Source: Terriglobia bacterium
Lineage (GTDB): Bacteria; Acidobacteriota; Terriglobia; 2-12-FULL-54-10
Direction: 5' to 3'
DNA: 64,000 bases
Assembly: GCA_963666975.2 (NCBI GenBank)
Contig: CAXVYR010000002.1
Span: 224,001 to 288,000 of the forward strand
Below, in pieces: positions 49,733 to 58,828 of this stretch. The first letter of the stretch is position 1; each line of letters starts with the position of its first letter. Both the position numbers and the translations under genes were made by a program. Below the pieces are notes generated by a model that was not told the origin of the DNA, ran no database searches, and saw nothing but the letters and a program-made list of their open reading frames with translations.

Positions 49733-52467
49733 ACGACCGCTGGCGAATTCCCAAAGCGATCGTGAAACGCGAGCTGACCAGCTACTTCAGCAGTCCCACA
49801 GGCTACGTTTTCATTACGCTGTTCGTCTTTCTGAGCGCGGTAGCCGCCTTTTGGCAGGAGGCGTTTTTCAATAATAATCTGGCCAACCTCGGTTCCCTGA
49901 ACAGCGTTTTTCCCTACCTGCTTCTTTTTCTGATCCCGGCCATCACAATGAACTTGTGGGCCGAAGAGAAACGCAACGGGACCGATGAGTTGTTGCTGAC
50001 CCTTCCGGCTACCGACCTGGAGATTGTCGCCGGCAAGTACATGGCGGCCCTGGCGATCTATTCGGTGGCCCTGGTGTTCTCGCTGAGTCATCTGATCGTG
50101 CTCTGGTGGCTGGGAAGCCCCGACGTAGGCCTGATGTTCTCCACCTATTTCGGGTATTGGCTGATGGGCGCGGCGCTGATGGCCGTGGGCATGCTGGCCT
50201 CTCTTCTAACGGCCAATCTCACCGTTGCCTTTATTCTGGGATCGGTATTCTGCGCAGTGCCGGTATTTATCATTCATGCCGGCGCCATCTTGAGCGGAGG
50301 GCCGCGGCGGCTGGTCGAGGGGCTGTCGTTTACCGAACAGTTCCGCGATCTCTCCAACGGAGTGATTTCGTTGTCCTCGGTGATCTACTTTGTTACCTTC
50401 GCTCTGGCGATGCTGTATCTCAATGTTGCCCTGCTGGGGCGGCGTCACTGGCCGAGCCGCAAAGGCTCCGAGCCGCTCGGGCGCCATACCCTGGTTCGGG
50501 GCGCGGCGTTGCTTGTGATCGTCGCCAGCATCACCATTCTGGCGGTGCGGCTGGGTGGACGCATCGACTCCACCGCCGAGCGGCTCCATTCGCTCTCCGT
50601 GGAAACCGAGAAGCTCATCGACGGGCTCAATTCCGATCTCCCGGTATTTATTCAAGCCTATCTGAGTCCGGTTGTGCCCCGCCGCTATTTGCAAACCCGG
50701 AACAACATTATCAGCGTGCTGCGGGAGCTGGATGCCATGGGAGGCAACCGCATCCACGTCCAAATCCTTGAGACAGAAAAATACAGCCCCGCAGCGCGCG
50801 AAGCGCAAGACCTTTACGGCATCCGGCCGCGGCCCATTGCAGTGTGGGAGCAAACCGCCGGAAGCGACGCCGAGATTTACATGGGAATCGCATTTCGTTC
50901 CGGAGGCGAGGAGTTCGTGATTCCGTTTTTCGATCCGGGCCTGGCCGCCGAGTACGAACTGATGCGTTCCATCCGGTTGGTTGCTCACGCCGAGCGCAAG
51001 AAGGTGGGGATTCTGAAAACCAAAGCCGAGATCTTCGGCGGTTTTGACTTCCAGACCCGTGTGCCGACGCCCGACTGGTCCATAGTCGAGGAGTTGCGCA
51101 AGCAATACGAAGTGGTGCAGGCTCGTGCCGGGGCGGACTACCCAGAGGACATCGACGTACTGATTGCGGTCCTGCCGCATACGCTGGAGGTGCCAGAGTT
51201 GGATCGGTTAACCAGTTACGTTCGCGAGGGACATCCCTTGCTGCTGCTGGTCGATCCGTTGCCGGCCTTCAATATGGAGCTTTCGCCGCAGCCGGCTCCG
51301 TCCAGCCCCTTTCCTTTTAACCGGCCCCCTCCCCCCCAGCCGACCGACATCACGCCTTTGATGGACGCGCTGGGAGTTGCGTGGTCCAAGGAGGAGGTTG
51401 CCTGGGATCAATACAATCCACATCCGCAGTTCGGCGCCATGCCGGAAGAGGTGATTTTTGTCGCGGCGGGCAACGAAGCGGCTGAGGGGGCCTTCAACAG
51501 CGACGAGCCGGTTTCTGCGGGCTTGCAGGAGATGGTGCTGCTCTATCCGGGCCGTTTGCAGCCTGCTGCAGAAGCGGCTGAGGACCAGGCGACTGCGGGT
51601 GAAACGCCAGAGGTTGAAACGACAGAAGAAGGTGCGGGTGAGGGCGAAGCAACGGATGAACCGGCGGAAAAGGAGACGTTTGAGTTTGTCTCTTTGCTTG
51701 AAACGGGCAGAGACTCCGGCGTTGTCCCCTGGCAGTACGTGGTGCAGCCTTCGCTGTTTGGGATGCAGATCAATCCGAACCCTCCGCATGAGGCGGATGC
51801 GGAAGCCCACATCCTGGCTGCGCGGGTGACCGGCTCCGCAGCGGAGAACCCGGTCCGCGCCATTGTCATCGCCGATGTCGATATGATGAGCGAGCAGTTT
51901 TTTGAGCTGCGCCGTCAGGGTATTGCGAACCTGAACTTTGATAACGTCACATTCTTGCTGAACGCAGTGGACCAACTGGCCGGGGACGAGTCCTTTATCG
52001 CTCTGCGCAAGCGCCGGCCGCGGCACAGGACGCTCGAGGCCGTCGAGGCCCGCACGCGGGTGTACGAGCAGCGCCGTCTGGAGGAGACCCAGCAGGCCGA
52101 GGCAAACGCGGAGGAACGACTGCTGGAAGCGCAAATCCGGCTGGAGGGCGCCGTGGAAGCGTTGCGCCAGCGCAGCGACCTGGACCGGCAGACCAAACAG
52201 ATCATGGTCGCCAATCTGGAGCAGGTAGAGAACCGCCGCCTGGCCGTCGCCCGCGGCAACATCGCGGACCGGAGGCAGCAGCAGATTGAGCGCAGCCGGG
52301 CCGACATGGAAACCTCCATTCGCGGTATTCGGAGTACGATCCAATTGCTGGCCGTTGTGCTGCCGCCCATTCCGGCCTTGGTGCTTTTTGTGTTTGTTTC
52401 CCTCCGGCGGCTCCGGCGGGAAAAGATCGGCATTTCACCTGACCGTTTGGTCCAGGACCGGAGATAG
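49729..52467 (+). CDS. Fused ABC-2 permease (GldF-like) plus GldG-like auxiliary domain
   Basis: RELTSYFSSP.GY, AEEKRNGT.ELLLTLP; SLS.ET, EYEL..I, N..FLLNAVD.L. Confidence 0.88.
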   Translation: MNDRWRIPKAIVKRELTSYFSSPTGYVFITLFVFLSAVAAFWQEAFFNNNLANLGSLNSVFPYLLLFLIPAITMNLWAEEKRNGTDELLLTLPATDLEIVAGKYMAALAIYSVALVFSLSHLIVLWWLGSPDVGLMFSTYFGYWLMGAALMAVGMLASLLTANLTVAFILGSVFCAVPVFIIHAGAILSGGPRRLVEGLSFTEQFRDLSNGVISLSSVIYFVTFALAMLYLNVALLGRRHWPSRKGSEPLGRHTLVRGAALLVIVASITILAVRLGGRIDSTAERLHSLSVETEKLIDGLNSDLPVFIQAYLSPVVPRRYLQTRNNIISVLRELDAMGGNRIHVQILETEKYSPAAREAQDLYGIRPRPIAVWEQTAGSDAEIYMGIAFRSGGEEFVIPFFDPGLAAEYELMRSIRLVAHAERKKVGILKTKAEIFGGFDFQTRVPTPDWSIVEELRKQYEVVQARAGADYPEDIDVLIAVLPHTLEVPELDRLTSYVREGHPLLLLVDPLPAFNMELSPQPAPSSPFPFNRPPPPQPTDITPLMDALGVAWSKEEVAWDQYNPHPQFGAMPEEVIFVAAGNEAAEGAFNSDEPVSAGLQEMVLLYPGRLQPAAEAAEDQATAGETPEVETTEEGAGEGEATDEPAEKETFEFVSLLETGRDSGVVPWQYVVQPSLFGMQINPNPPHEADAEAHILAARVTGSAAENPVRAIVIADVDMMSEQFFELRRQGIANLNFDNVTFLLNAVDQLAGDESFIALRKRRPRHRTLEAVEARTRVYEQRRLEETQQAEANAEERLLEAQIRLEGAVEALRQRSDLDRQTKQIMVANLEQVENRRLAVARGNIADRRQQQIERSRADMETSIRGIRSTIQLLAVVLPPIPALVLFVFVSLRRLRREKIGISPDRLVQDRR

Positions 52468-52521
52468 CCTTGCCAGCCTTGATCTTGTAGGCAAGGGAAC
52501 GTCTGCGGAGAGAGCATACCG

Positions 52522-53835
52522 ATGACGGAACTGAAAAAAACGGGGATATTTTGTCTGGCCGCGCTCCTTTTGGCGGTTGCCGCCTTGGTGTTCGACACGG
52601 GAGGAGTCACTCCGGAGATTTTCAGCGACCAGGGTGATCCTTTTTATCCGGATTTCACCGATCCCCAGGCTCCCAAGGCCATTGAAGTGATTGACTACGA
52701 CGAAGCCACGGCAACCGCGCATCCGCTCAAGGTGGAGTTCCGGGACAACCAGTGGAGCATTCCCTCGCATTACAGCTACCCGGCCGACGCCCAGGACCGC
52801 CTGCCCAAAACGGCCGCCGCCCTGATGGAGTTGCGGAAAGACGCCATTGTCTCCGATAGCGTCGAGGACCACAGCGTCTATGGAGTCGTCGATCCTATAG
52901 ACCCGGCTGCCACAACGCTCACGGGACGGGGCAAACGAATCACTCTGCGGAATGAAAACGGAGATGTGCTGGCCGATTTCGTCGTGGGCAATGCTGTGGA
53001 GGACAAACCCGGCTATCGTTACCTGCGGGTTCCAGGCCAGAGGCGTACCTACGCCGTCCAGACCGATGCCGATGTCTCCGCCAGTTTTGTTGATTGGATT
53101 GAGACGGATTTGCTAAAGCTTTCCGTCGGGTATATCCAAAAGATCGCCGTCAACAGCTACTCGATCAATGAGACCTTCGGGAGGATCGAAAACGTGGAGC
53201 GGCTGACGCTCGTCAAAGCGGAAGACAAGTGGACGCTCAGCGGCGGCGGCGATCCCAACGATGACAAAATGAGGGCTCTCACCGACGCGCTGGACAATCT
53301 CCGGATCGTTGACGTGCAGCCGAAGCCGCCCAACCTGACGCGCGACCTCAAGACCCGCGAGGGCATTCAGTTGTCCGTGGATTCAGTGATGTCCCTACAG
53401 CAGAAGGGATTTTTTGTCACCCAAAACGGCCAGTTGTTTTCCAATGAGGGCGAGGTTGTTGTCGATACGGTCAACGGGTTGCAGTACACGCTCCGCTTCG
53501 GAGAGATTGCTTCCGGCGGGCCGTCTGCACCGGAGGAAACCAGCGGTGAATCGGCGGAGCAAACCGAGAGTGCCGGTGAAACAGAGGAGCGTCGATACCT
53601 GTTCATCACCGTGAACTACAGCGAAGCCCGTGCCCGGCAGTACTCCGGCGGCGAGGACTCCAGCGAAGAGGCCGAAGTTGACGACGCGGGCGAAGAGCTG
53701 GCGACGGAACTGCAAAACCGCTTCGCCGACTGGTACTACGTCATCACCGGCGCTGATTTCAACATCCTGAGGCCGCGGCGGCAGTATCTGTTGAGGGCCA
53801 CTCCTGCCTCTCCCTCTGTCGCCTCCAGCTTGTGA
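52522..53835 (+). CDS. DUF4340-like exported protein
   Basis: N-terminal TM, YPAD motif, usual position after GldG-like genes. Confidence 0.7.
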   Translation: MTELKKTGIFCLAALLLAVAALVFDTGGVTPEIFSDQGDPFYPDFTDPQAPKAIEVIDYDEATATAHPLKVEFRDNQWSIPSHYSYPADAQDRLPKTAAALMELRKDAIVSDSVEDHSVYGVVDPIDPAATTLTGRGKRITLRNENGDVLADFVVGNAVEDKPGYRYLRVPGQRRTYAVQTDADVSASFVDWIETDLLKLSVGYIQKIAVNSYSINETFGRIENVERLTLVKAEDKWTLSGGGDPNDDKMRALTDALDNLRIVDVQPKPPNLTRDLKTREGIQLSVDSVMSLQQKGFFVTQNGQLFSNEGEVVVDTVNGLQYTLRFGEIASGGPSAPEETSGESAEQTESAGETEERRYLFITVNYSEARARQYSGGEDSSEEAEVDDAGEELATELQNRFADWYYVITGADFNILRPRRQYLLRATPASPSVASSL

Positions 53836-53861
53836 GCGGGCAAATCTTGCCTGCCGTGCTT

Positions 53862-54078
53862 TAATCAGTTTCACAGTTCCTACATAGTCCGAGCCGCGAC
53901 CGTGAGGGAGCGGGTAAAATGGCGTTTTTCAACAACCTGCTGGAGCATTTCACCAATTGGTGTAGTCTGGCTAATCCTTGGCAACCACGGCGAACGCTGT
54001 CATCCCGAGCGAAGTCGAGGGAAAAGCGCTCGTCGTGGCTACCAGCGCCCGATTTACACCAAGGAGAGAAATGCTTTA
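53862..54078. repeat. Composite MITE/REP cluster with IS630-like ends
   Basis: TTTCACAGTT..ATAG, CCGAGCCGCGACCGTGAGGGAGCG, TTTTTCAACAACCTGC; inner GAGCATTTCACCAATTGGTGTA...TACACCAAGGAGAGAAATGCTT-TA around GTCATCCCGAGCGAAG. Confidence 0.65.
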
Positions 54079-54181
54079 GAAATTTTTGTTAGCGGAACCG
54101 CTGGAACGCCCTTCCTTACCTGCGACCGACGCACGGAAAGAACTCCCTCAAGCTTTCTTGCGGCTCACCGCACTTATACTC

Positions 54182-55924
54182 TTACCGAACCTGCACTTTC
54201 ACCATCTTCGATGGCGGACGGTAAGCGGGGATCCACAGCGTGGGCCGGTCGGCGGTCCGGTCGACCGTTAGATCGCGGACCTCATACGGCAAGGGCATAA
54301 AGAATTCCGTAGTCTTCTCAGTTCTCATATCGAGACGGAAGATTCGGCTGTTATTGAAGTCCGTTGCCCAAACCCACTGATTCTTATTGTCGACCGACAT
54401 AGAGTAGGGCGCGGGAAACGGGGAGCCGAAAGGCTTCGAGCCGGGAACGAGCGGAAATTCTTTGACTTCGCCTTTGTTCGCATCGAACATGCCGATCCTG
54501 CCGGCAAAGTAGAGGCCGACCCAGAGGCGGTCTTGCGCGTCCATCTCCCCGCGCCGGGGACCGGATTGCGGCGTAGGAGTGGGAAAGTCGGCGTACTCTT
54601 CCGTTCTGGGATCAAACATTCCGATTTTGCCGTTGCGCCATACGTTCAGGATGGACCTGCCTTGCGAATCCACTTCCATATCATAGGTGCCGTCATTCGG
54701 AGGAATCGTGTACTCCTGCACTGCTCCGCTCTCCATGTCGACCTTGTAAAGGGCGCCCTCGTCGTCGGTGTGCCAAACGTTGCCTGCCGGGTCGATTCCA
54801 AACATGTTGGAGCCTGAAGTCCGGGGCGTGAATTGTTCCGTCTGGGGATTGAAGCTGATAGTAGCTTCGCGCAAACCGAACACCACATTCCCTTGGGGAT
54901 CAAAAGTGATGTCGTGCGAGCCTCCGGCTGGATTGCCTGCACGCGCCTGCCCCGCAGGTTCGCTGACCCTTCCGCTCCCAGAAGGTATTGGATACGGAAA
55001 TTCCTTCACTTCACCGGTCTTCTTGTCGAGCCTGCCCAGAACATAGGAGAAGTGGTCCGTGTACCATCCGTAATTTGCATCTACGATAATATCGTGGGGC
55101 CAAGCAAACCGCCGGTCCCCGCGAAGCATATAAAGTTCCCGGCTCCCGCCCCGGGGAATGTCGTACTCGGTCACTACAATGCCCGTGGAAGCCTCGCCCG
55201 TTGGCCGGGGGCGCAGTTGGAACGGAAGCTGGTCGGAAGAGCCTGGCCCCCGAATCGAAGCCAGGTAGTCAGCCAGCGGTTCCAGGAACCTCTTTTGGCC
55301 ATAAGCGCTGGTTCCGGGAGCGTCCCGCGAGACGCGTCTTTCCCCTGCCATTCGGCTGATGATCTGAACCCACTCCTGCTTCGTATGCGGGTTTCTGAGG
55401 GCCCACTGCAACGAGTGGCAGTTGCTGCACTGTGTCAGCAAAAACTTCATGTCATCGCTGCCGGGCAGCGCAACCGCAATTTCTGCGGCAGTCGCTTCAC
55501 TGAGCAACGGTTGCCGGGGTCGCAAGGTGAAGTTCAACTCCGCCGTTTTCCCGGCAGTAAGCAGAACGGCTTCCCGGTTGACATGCTCAAAGTCAGGAAG
55601 CTGGATGGCTACGTTATAGGAACCCGGAGCCACGTCCGACCACTCCGGAAATGAGTACTCACCCCGGCGGTTGGTGTAGACACTGACCGTCATGTTGCTG
55701 TTCTGACGATGGGCTCGAACCGGAATGCCCGCCAGCGGCACTCCGCTGGAAGAAGCAACACGGCCGTTGAGAAGCGGCGCTTCCGCGGCGAAGGATGCGG
55801 CCGGCGACACGCAAGCGGCCGCCCAAACGGCCATCAGGATTGCTGCCCGCGTATAGCTCTGAGTATAACTATGGATATTGAGTCTAGGGATAGTGAGCCT
55901 TGGCAATATTGTGGCATTCATCAT
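54182..55924 (-). CDS. Exported carboxypeptidase-regulatory-like domain + c-type heme + Vgb-like beta-propeller protein
   Basis: LNGRV..SSG.PLAG, CSNCH, repeated GRLD.KTGEVKEF / IGMFDP blades; start uncertain (55834-56074). Confidence 0.8.
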   Translation of the reverse strand: MMNATILPRLTIPRLNIHSYTQSYTRAAILMAVWAAACVSPAASFAAEAPLLNGRVASSSGVPLAGIPVRAHRQNSNMTVSVYTNRRGEYSFPEWSDVAPGSYNVAIQLPDFEHVNREAVLLTAGKTAELNFTLRPRQPLLSEATAAEIAVALPGSDDMKFLLTQCSNCHSLQWALRNPHTKQEWVQIISRMAGERRVSRDAPGTSAYGQKRFLEPLADYLASIRGPGSSDQLPFQLRPRPTGEASTGIVVTEYDIPRGGSRELYMLRGDRRFAWPHDIIVDANYGWYTDHFSYVLGRLDKKTGEVKEFPYPIPSGSGRVSEPAGQARAGNPAGGSHDITFDPQGNVVFGLREATISFNPQTEQFTPRTSGSNMFGIDPAGNVWHTDDEGALYKVDMESGAVQEYTIPPNDGTYDMEVDSQGRSILNVWRNGKIGMFDPRTEEYADFPTPTPQSGPRRGEMDAQDRLWVGLYFAGRIGMFDANKGEVKEFPLVPGSKPFGSPFPAPYSMSVDNKNQWVWATDFNNSRIFRLDMRTEKTTEFFMPLPYEVRDLTVDRTADRPTLWIPAYRPPSKMVKVQVR

Positions 55925-56087
55925 ATAGCTGACCTTTCTCCAGATTTCTTGGAACTCCGCCGGAATACTCGAATACAACCTTATCGGAGAAGTCTGTCTG
56001 TCTGTCCGGGATTCTACGCCAGTTACCCTTGCAGGTCGAATCGGAAATTCACATAGCTTCCTAGGTGATATCACGGCTTGTTTTGGC

Positions 56088-56172
56088 TAAGCCCGTTTCA
56101 CAGTTCGTGTATAGTCCGAGCCGCGCGTGTTAGCAAGCGGACCCATACACCAGTTTTTCAACAACCCCTTAG
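56088..56172. repeat. Short MITE/REP composite
   Basis: TA-AGCCCGTTTCACAGTTCGTGTATAG-TCCGAGCCGCG...TTTTTCAACAACC; same layout as 53862-53940. Confidence 0.6.
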
Positions 56173-56210
56173 ACCGTCTGATACATGAGGGGCGGGCCGG
56201 CTCCTGGTTT

Positions 56211-56310
56211 CACTGATCATAGTTGCACTGATCATAGTTGCACTGATCCTTGATGCATTATGGATGCATTATGGATGCACTCTGGATGCACTATGGATGC
56301 ACTATGGAAC
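56211..56310. repeat. Short tandem repeats: 3x15 bp (CACTGATCATAGTTG) then 5x11 bp (CACTATGGATG)
   Basis: Read directly; some units carry substitutions. Confidence 0.9.
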
Positions 56311-57159
56311 CGGCAGAAGCGGCTTCTGGTCTGGCGACAGTTGCTGATCGAACGTAGTCAGCAACACGGCGGTGCTCGCATAGTTGCCCATCAAGGAAAC
56401 CATGTCGACGAGAGTCTTGTTTCCAAACAGCTGCAAGGCGCGCGCGAAAGTATCCGGGCTGAGCCGGTGGTTCCTGAAGACTTCGCGGCCGAGCCGGATG
56501 ATGGACGCCTCTTTTTCGCCCAGTCCCGTAAGGGGCTTGCGGAGCCTGACGACGTCAATGATCGCAGGTTCCAGGCCTTCCTGTAGTGCCACGCCTTCGC
56601 GGCCGAGCCGGATGATGGACGCCTCTTTTTCGCCCAGTCCCGTAAGGGGCTTGCGGAGCCTGACGACGTCAATGATCGCAGGTTCCAGGCCTTCCTGTAG
56701 TGCCACGCCTTCGTGAACCGTCCACTCAAACTGCTGGTCCATTTCGCGGGCCGTCACCAGGATAGCCAGTTCCGTCAGCCGGCGTCCGAGGTCGGATTCG
56801 TACCGGAGATATTCGCTTTCCCTCGCGCGCAGGCTGTGGAGCCGTATCCCCGCCGGTCCCTGCAGCCCGGCGAGCGAGCGGGGGTTGCTGACGGCGGAGT
56901 CGTAGGCCTTTTTTCCCTGCTCGTCCATGTCCTCTCGTTGGATCAGGGGAAGGCGGTTGCGTGAGTCGGGATAGACATCATCGGGAAACTCTGCCGCGGA
57001 TGTTTGAGAAGATGCTTGCGACGATGTTTGAGAAGATGCTTGCGGGGCGCCACCGACAGGCGATGCGGGTTGTTGCGATACGCTGTTCTGCCCGCACCCC
57101 ACGGCGGCCCATGTTCCAGCGACCAGCAAAAAAGCTCCCAGGGTTTGAAACAGTCTCAT
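56302..57159 (-). CDS. Carboxymuconolactone-decarboxylase/AhpD-like putative lipoprotein with internal 38-aa duplication
   Basis: AVGC lipobox-like; LTELAILVTARE....FEWTVH; 114-bp tandem duplication at 56481-56713. Confidence 0.75.
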   Translation of the reverse strand: MRLFQTLGAFLLVAGTWAAVGCGQNSVSQQPASPVGGAPQASSQTSSQASSQTSAAEFPDDVYPDSRNRLPLIQREDMDEQGKKAYDSAVSNPRSLAGLQGPAGIRLHSLRARESEYLRYESDLGRRLTELAILVTAREMDQQFEWTVHEGVALQEGLEPAIIDVVRLRKPLTGLGEKEASIIRLGREGVALQEGLEPAIIDVVRLRKPLTGLGEKEASIIRLGREVFRNHRLSPDTFARALQLFGNKTLVDMVSLMGNYASTAVLLTTFDQQLSPDQKPLLPVP

Positions 57160-57399
57160 TTCCTTTCACCTCCTGCGGGAGAAATTATGATTTTGTCCGA
57201 AATTTCCGATGTCGAGCTTCTCTTCGTCCTAAAGCATACGCAAGCCGGCGTGCCGACTCAAGCCTGCCGGGCAGTATCGTTTTCGGCCAATTCCGCTTGC
57301 CCATTCCCCGCTTCGCAGCGGCCTCTCAACAATTGCTTTACCCTATGACCTCGTGTACCCTTTTCCTAAGTATTCCTATTCAAGAGGGAGGCGGGGCAC

Positions 57400-58230
57400 A
57401 TGCGGTATTGGGGATTAATATTGCTCCTCGGTGCGGGGCTGCTGATTGCGCTCACACTAGGCGTGCGGGATATCCGCCGGGCTCAATCCGAATTGGGGCA
57501 GCCGGTCGGCAGCGGCTCCGCAACGGACATCCCAACCATACGGTTCGTGAAGAACCCCTCTCCTGTGCCGGAATTTACCTATGAAGACCTGGAAGGACGA
57601 AGCCAGGGCACGCGTGACTGGCTGGGCAAAGTGGTTCTGTTGAATTTCTGGGCCACATGGTGCCCGCCTTGCCGGGCGGAGATTCCCGACCTGATCCGGC
57701 TGCAGACCGAGTATGCGGACCGTTTGCTGATTGTCGGGCTCTCGACCGACGCTGAGGGAAAAGAAATAGTGCAGTCATTTGTGGAAGAGGCGGGGATCAA
57801 CTACCGGGTAGGCATGTCCACACCGGAGGTGGAAGCAAAATTCGGGGGTGTTTTGGGCCTCCCGACAACTTTCTTGGTGGATACCAGGGGACGAGTCGTA
57901 CAAAAGCATATCGGTTTTGCGAACCCGGAGCTTTACGAAATGGAGATTCGCGCCTTGCTGGATCTCCCCGTCAATGCGAACGTGGAAATGTTTGAGGACG
58001 AGGGACAAGTCTTCCTCTCAAACGCCGCCAATGCAACCGAGTTGCCTGGAGTGGACCTCTCCCAGCTTACTCCGGAACAACGGAAAGCCGCCCTCCGGCA
58101 GCTCAACGAGCAGACATGCACCTGCGGATGCAATTTGACGCTGGCGCAGTGCCGGATCAACGACACCACTTGCGTTGTGAGCACGGAGCTCGCCAATCAA
58201 GTGGTGGAGGAAATTATAGCCTCTCAGTAG
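57400..58230 (+). CDS. TlpA-family disulfide reductase with Cys-rich C-terminal domain
   Basis: LNFWATWCPPCRAEIP, GLPTTF; C-terminal CTCGC.LTLAQC....TTC. Confidence 0.9.
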   Translation: MRYWGLILLLGAGLLIALTLGVRDIRRAQSELGQPVGSGSATDIPTIRFVKNPSPVPEFTYEDLEGRSQGTRDWLGKVVLLNFWATWCPPCRAEIPDLIRLQTEYADRLLIVGLSTDAEGKEIVQSFVEEAGINYRVGMSTPEVEAKFGGVLGLPTTFLVDTRGRVVQKHIGFANPELYEMEIRALLDLPVNANVEMFEDEGQVFLSNAANATELPGVDLSQLTPEQRKAALRQLNEQTCTCGCNLTLAQCRINDTTCVVSTELANQVVEEIIASQ

Positions 58231-58568
58231 AAATCCGAGGCCGCCACCAATCAGCAACGCAGATTTAGGGCACTGCCGTCTCCTACTCTCAATTGATTTA
58301 GCTTCTTTCCTCGTGTAATCTTTCCCCAGCATTTCCAATCAGGCGGGAGTAAAAACGCGGCGGTTTCACCCGAACACCCGAATTTGTTATGCGCCGCGTT
58401 ATGCGTCGCGATGTCACCCAAACAAACAGGGGGGAGTTTGAGCTTGAGGGAACAGGGCGGTTAGCATATGCTTTTGGATTCACTAGATGCTCGAACCGGA
58501 TATTCCCGATCATTGCACAAGGCTTCTGCATCATACTGAGAGATGCTGTTGCGTGAAATGCTGAACTA

Positions 58569-58783
58569 GAGCGTTTTCACAGTTGGTGTAAACCACAACG
58601 CATTGTCATTCCGAGCCCTTTGGCGTTGCTCAGGATAAACTCCGCGAGGAAGCTCGCTTTTCACAATAACAGCCTGTGGAACAAGCAGATTCCTCGGGCC
58701 GACCACAAACCTCGGCCCTCGGAATGACATTCTAAAAAGGTTTTGGAGCAAATCCACGAGCTACACCAACTGTGAAAACGCCT
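58569..58783. repeat. IS630-ended MITE enclosing a REP-like palindrome
   Basis: TA-GAGCGTTTTCACAGTTGGTGTA...TACACCAACTGTGAAAACGCCT-TA. Confidence 0.8.
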
Positions 58784-58828
58784 TAGAACTATATAGCAGC
58801 GGTTCCAGACCATTACCTAAGGGGACTT

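Noticed and set aside
48971-53835. Gliding-motility system
   Set aside because: GldA/F/G-like ABC plus DUF4340 modules are widespread outside gliding bacteria; no other gld/spr genes are present here
56211-56310. CRISPR array
   Set aside because: Units are 11-15 bp, head-to-tail with no spacers; no cas genes in the window
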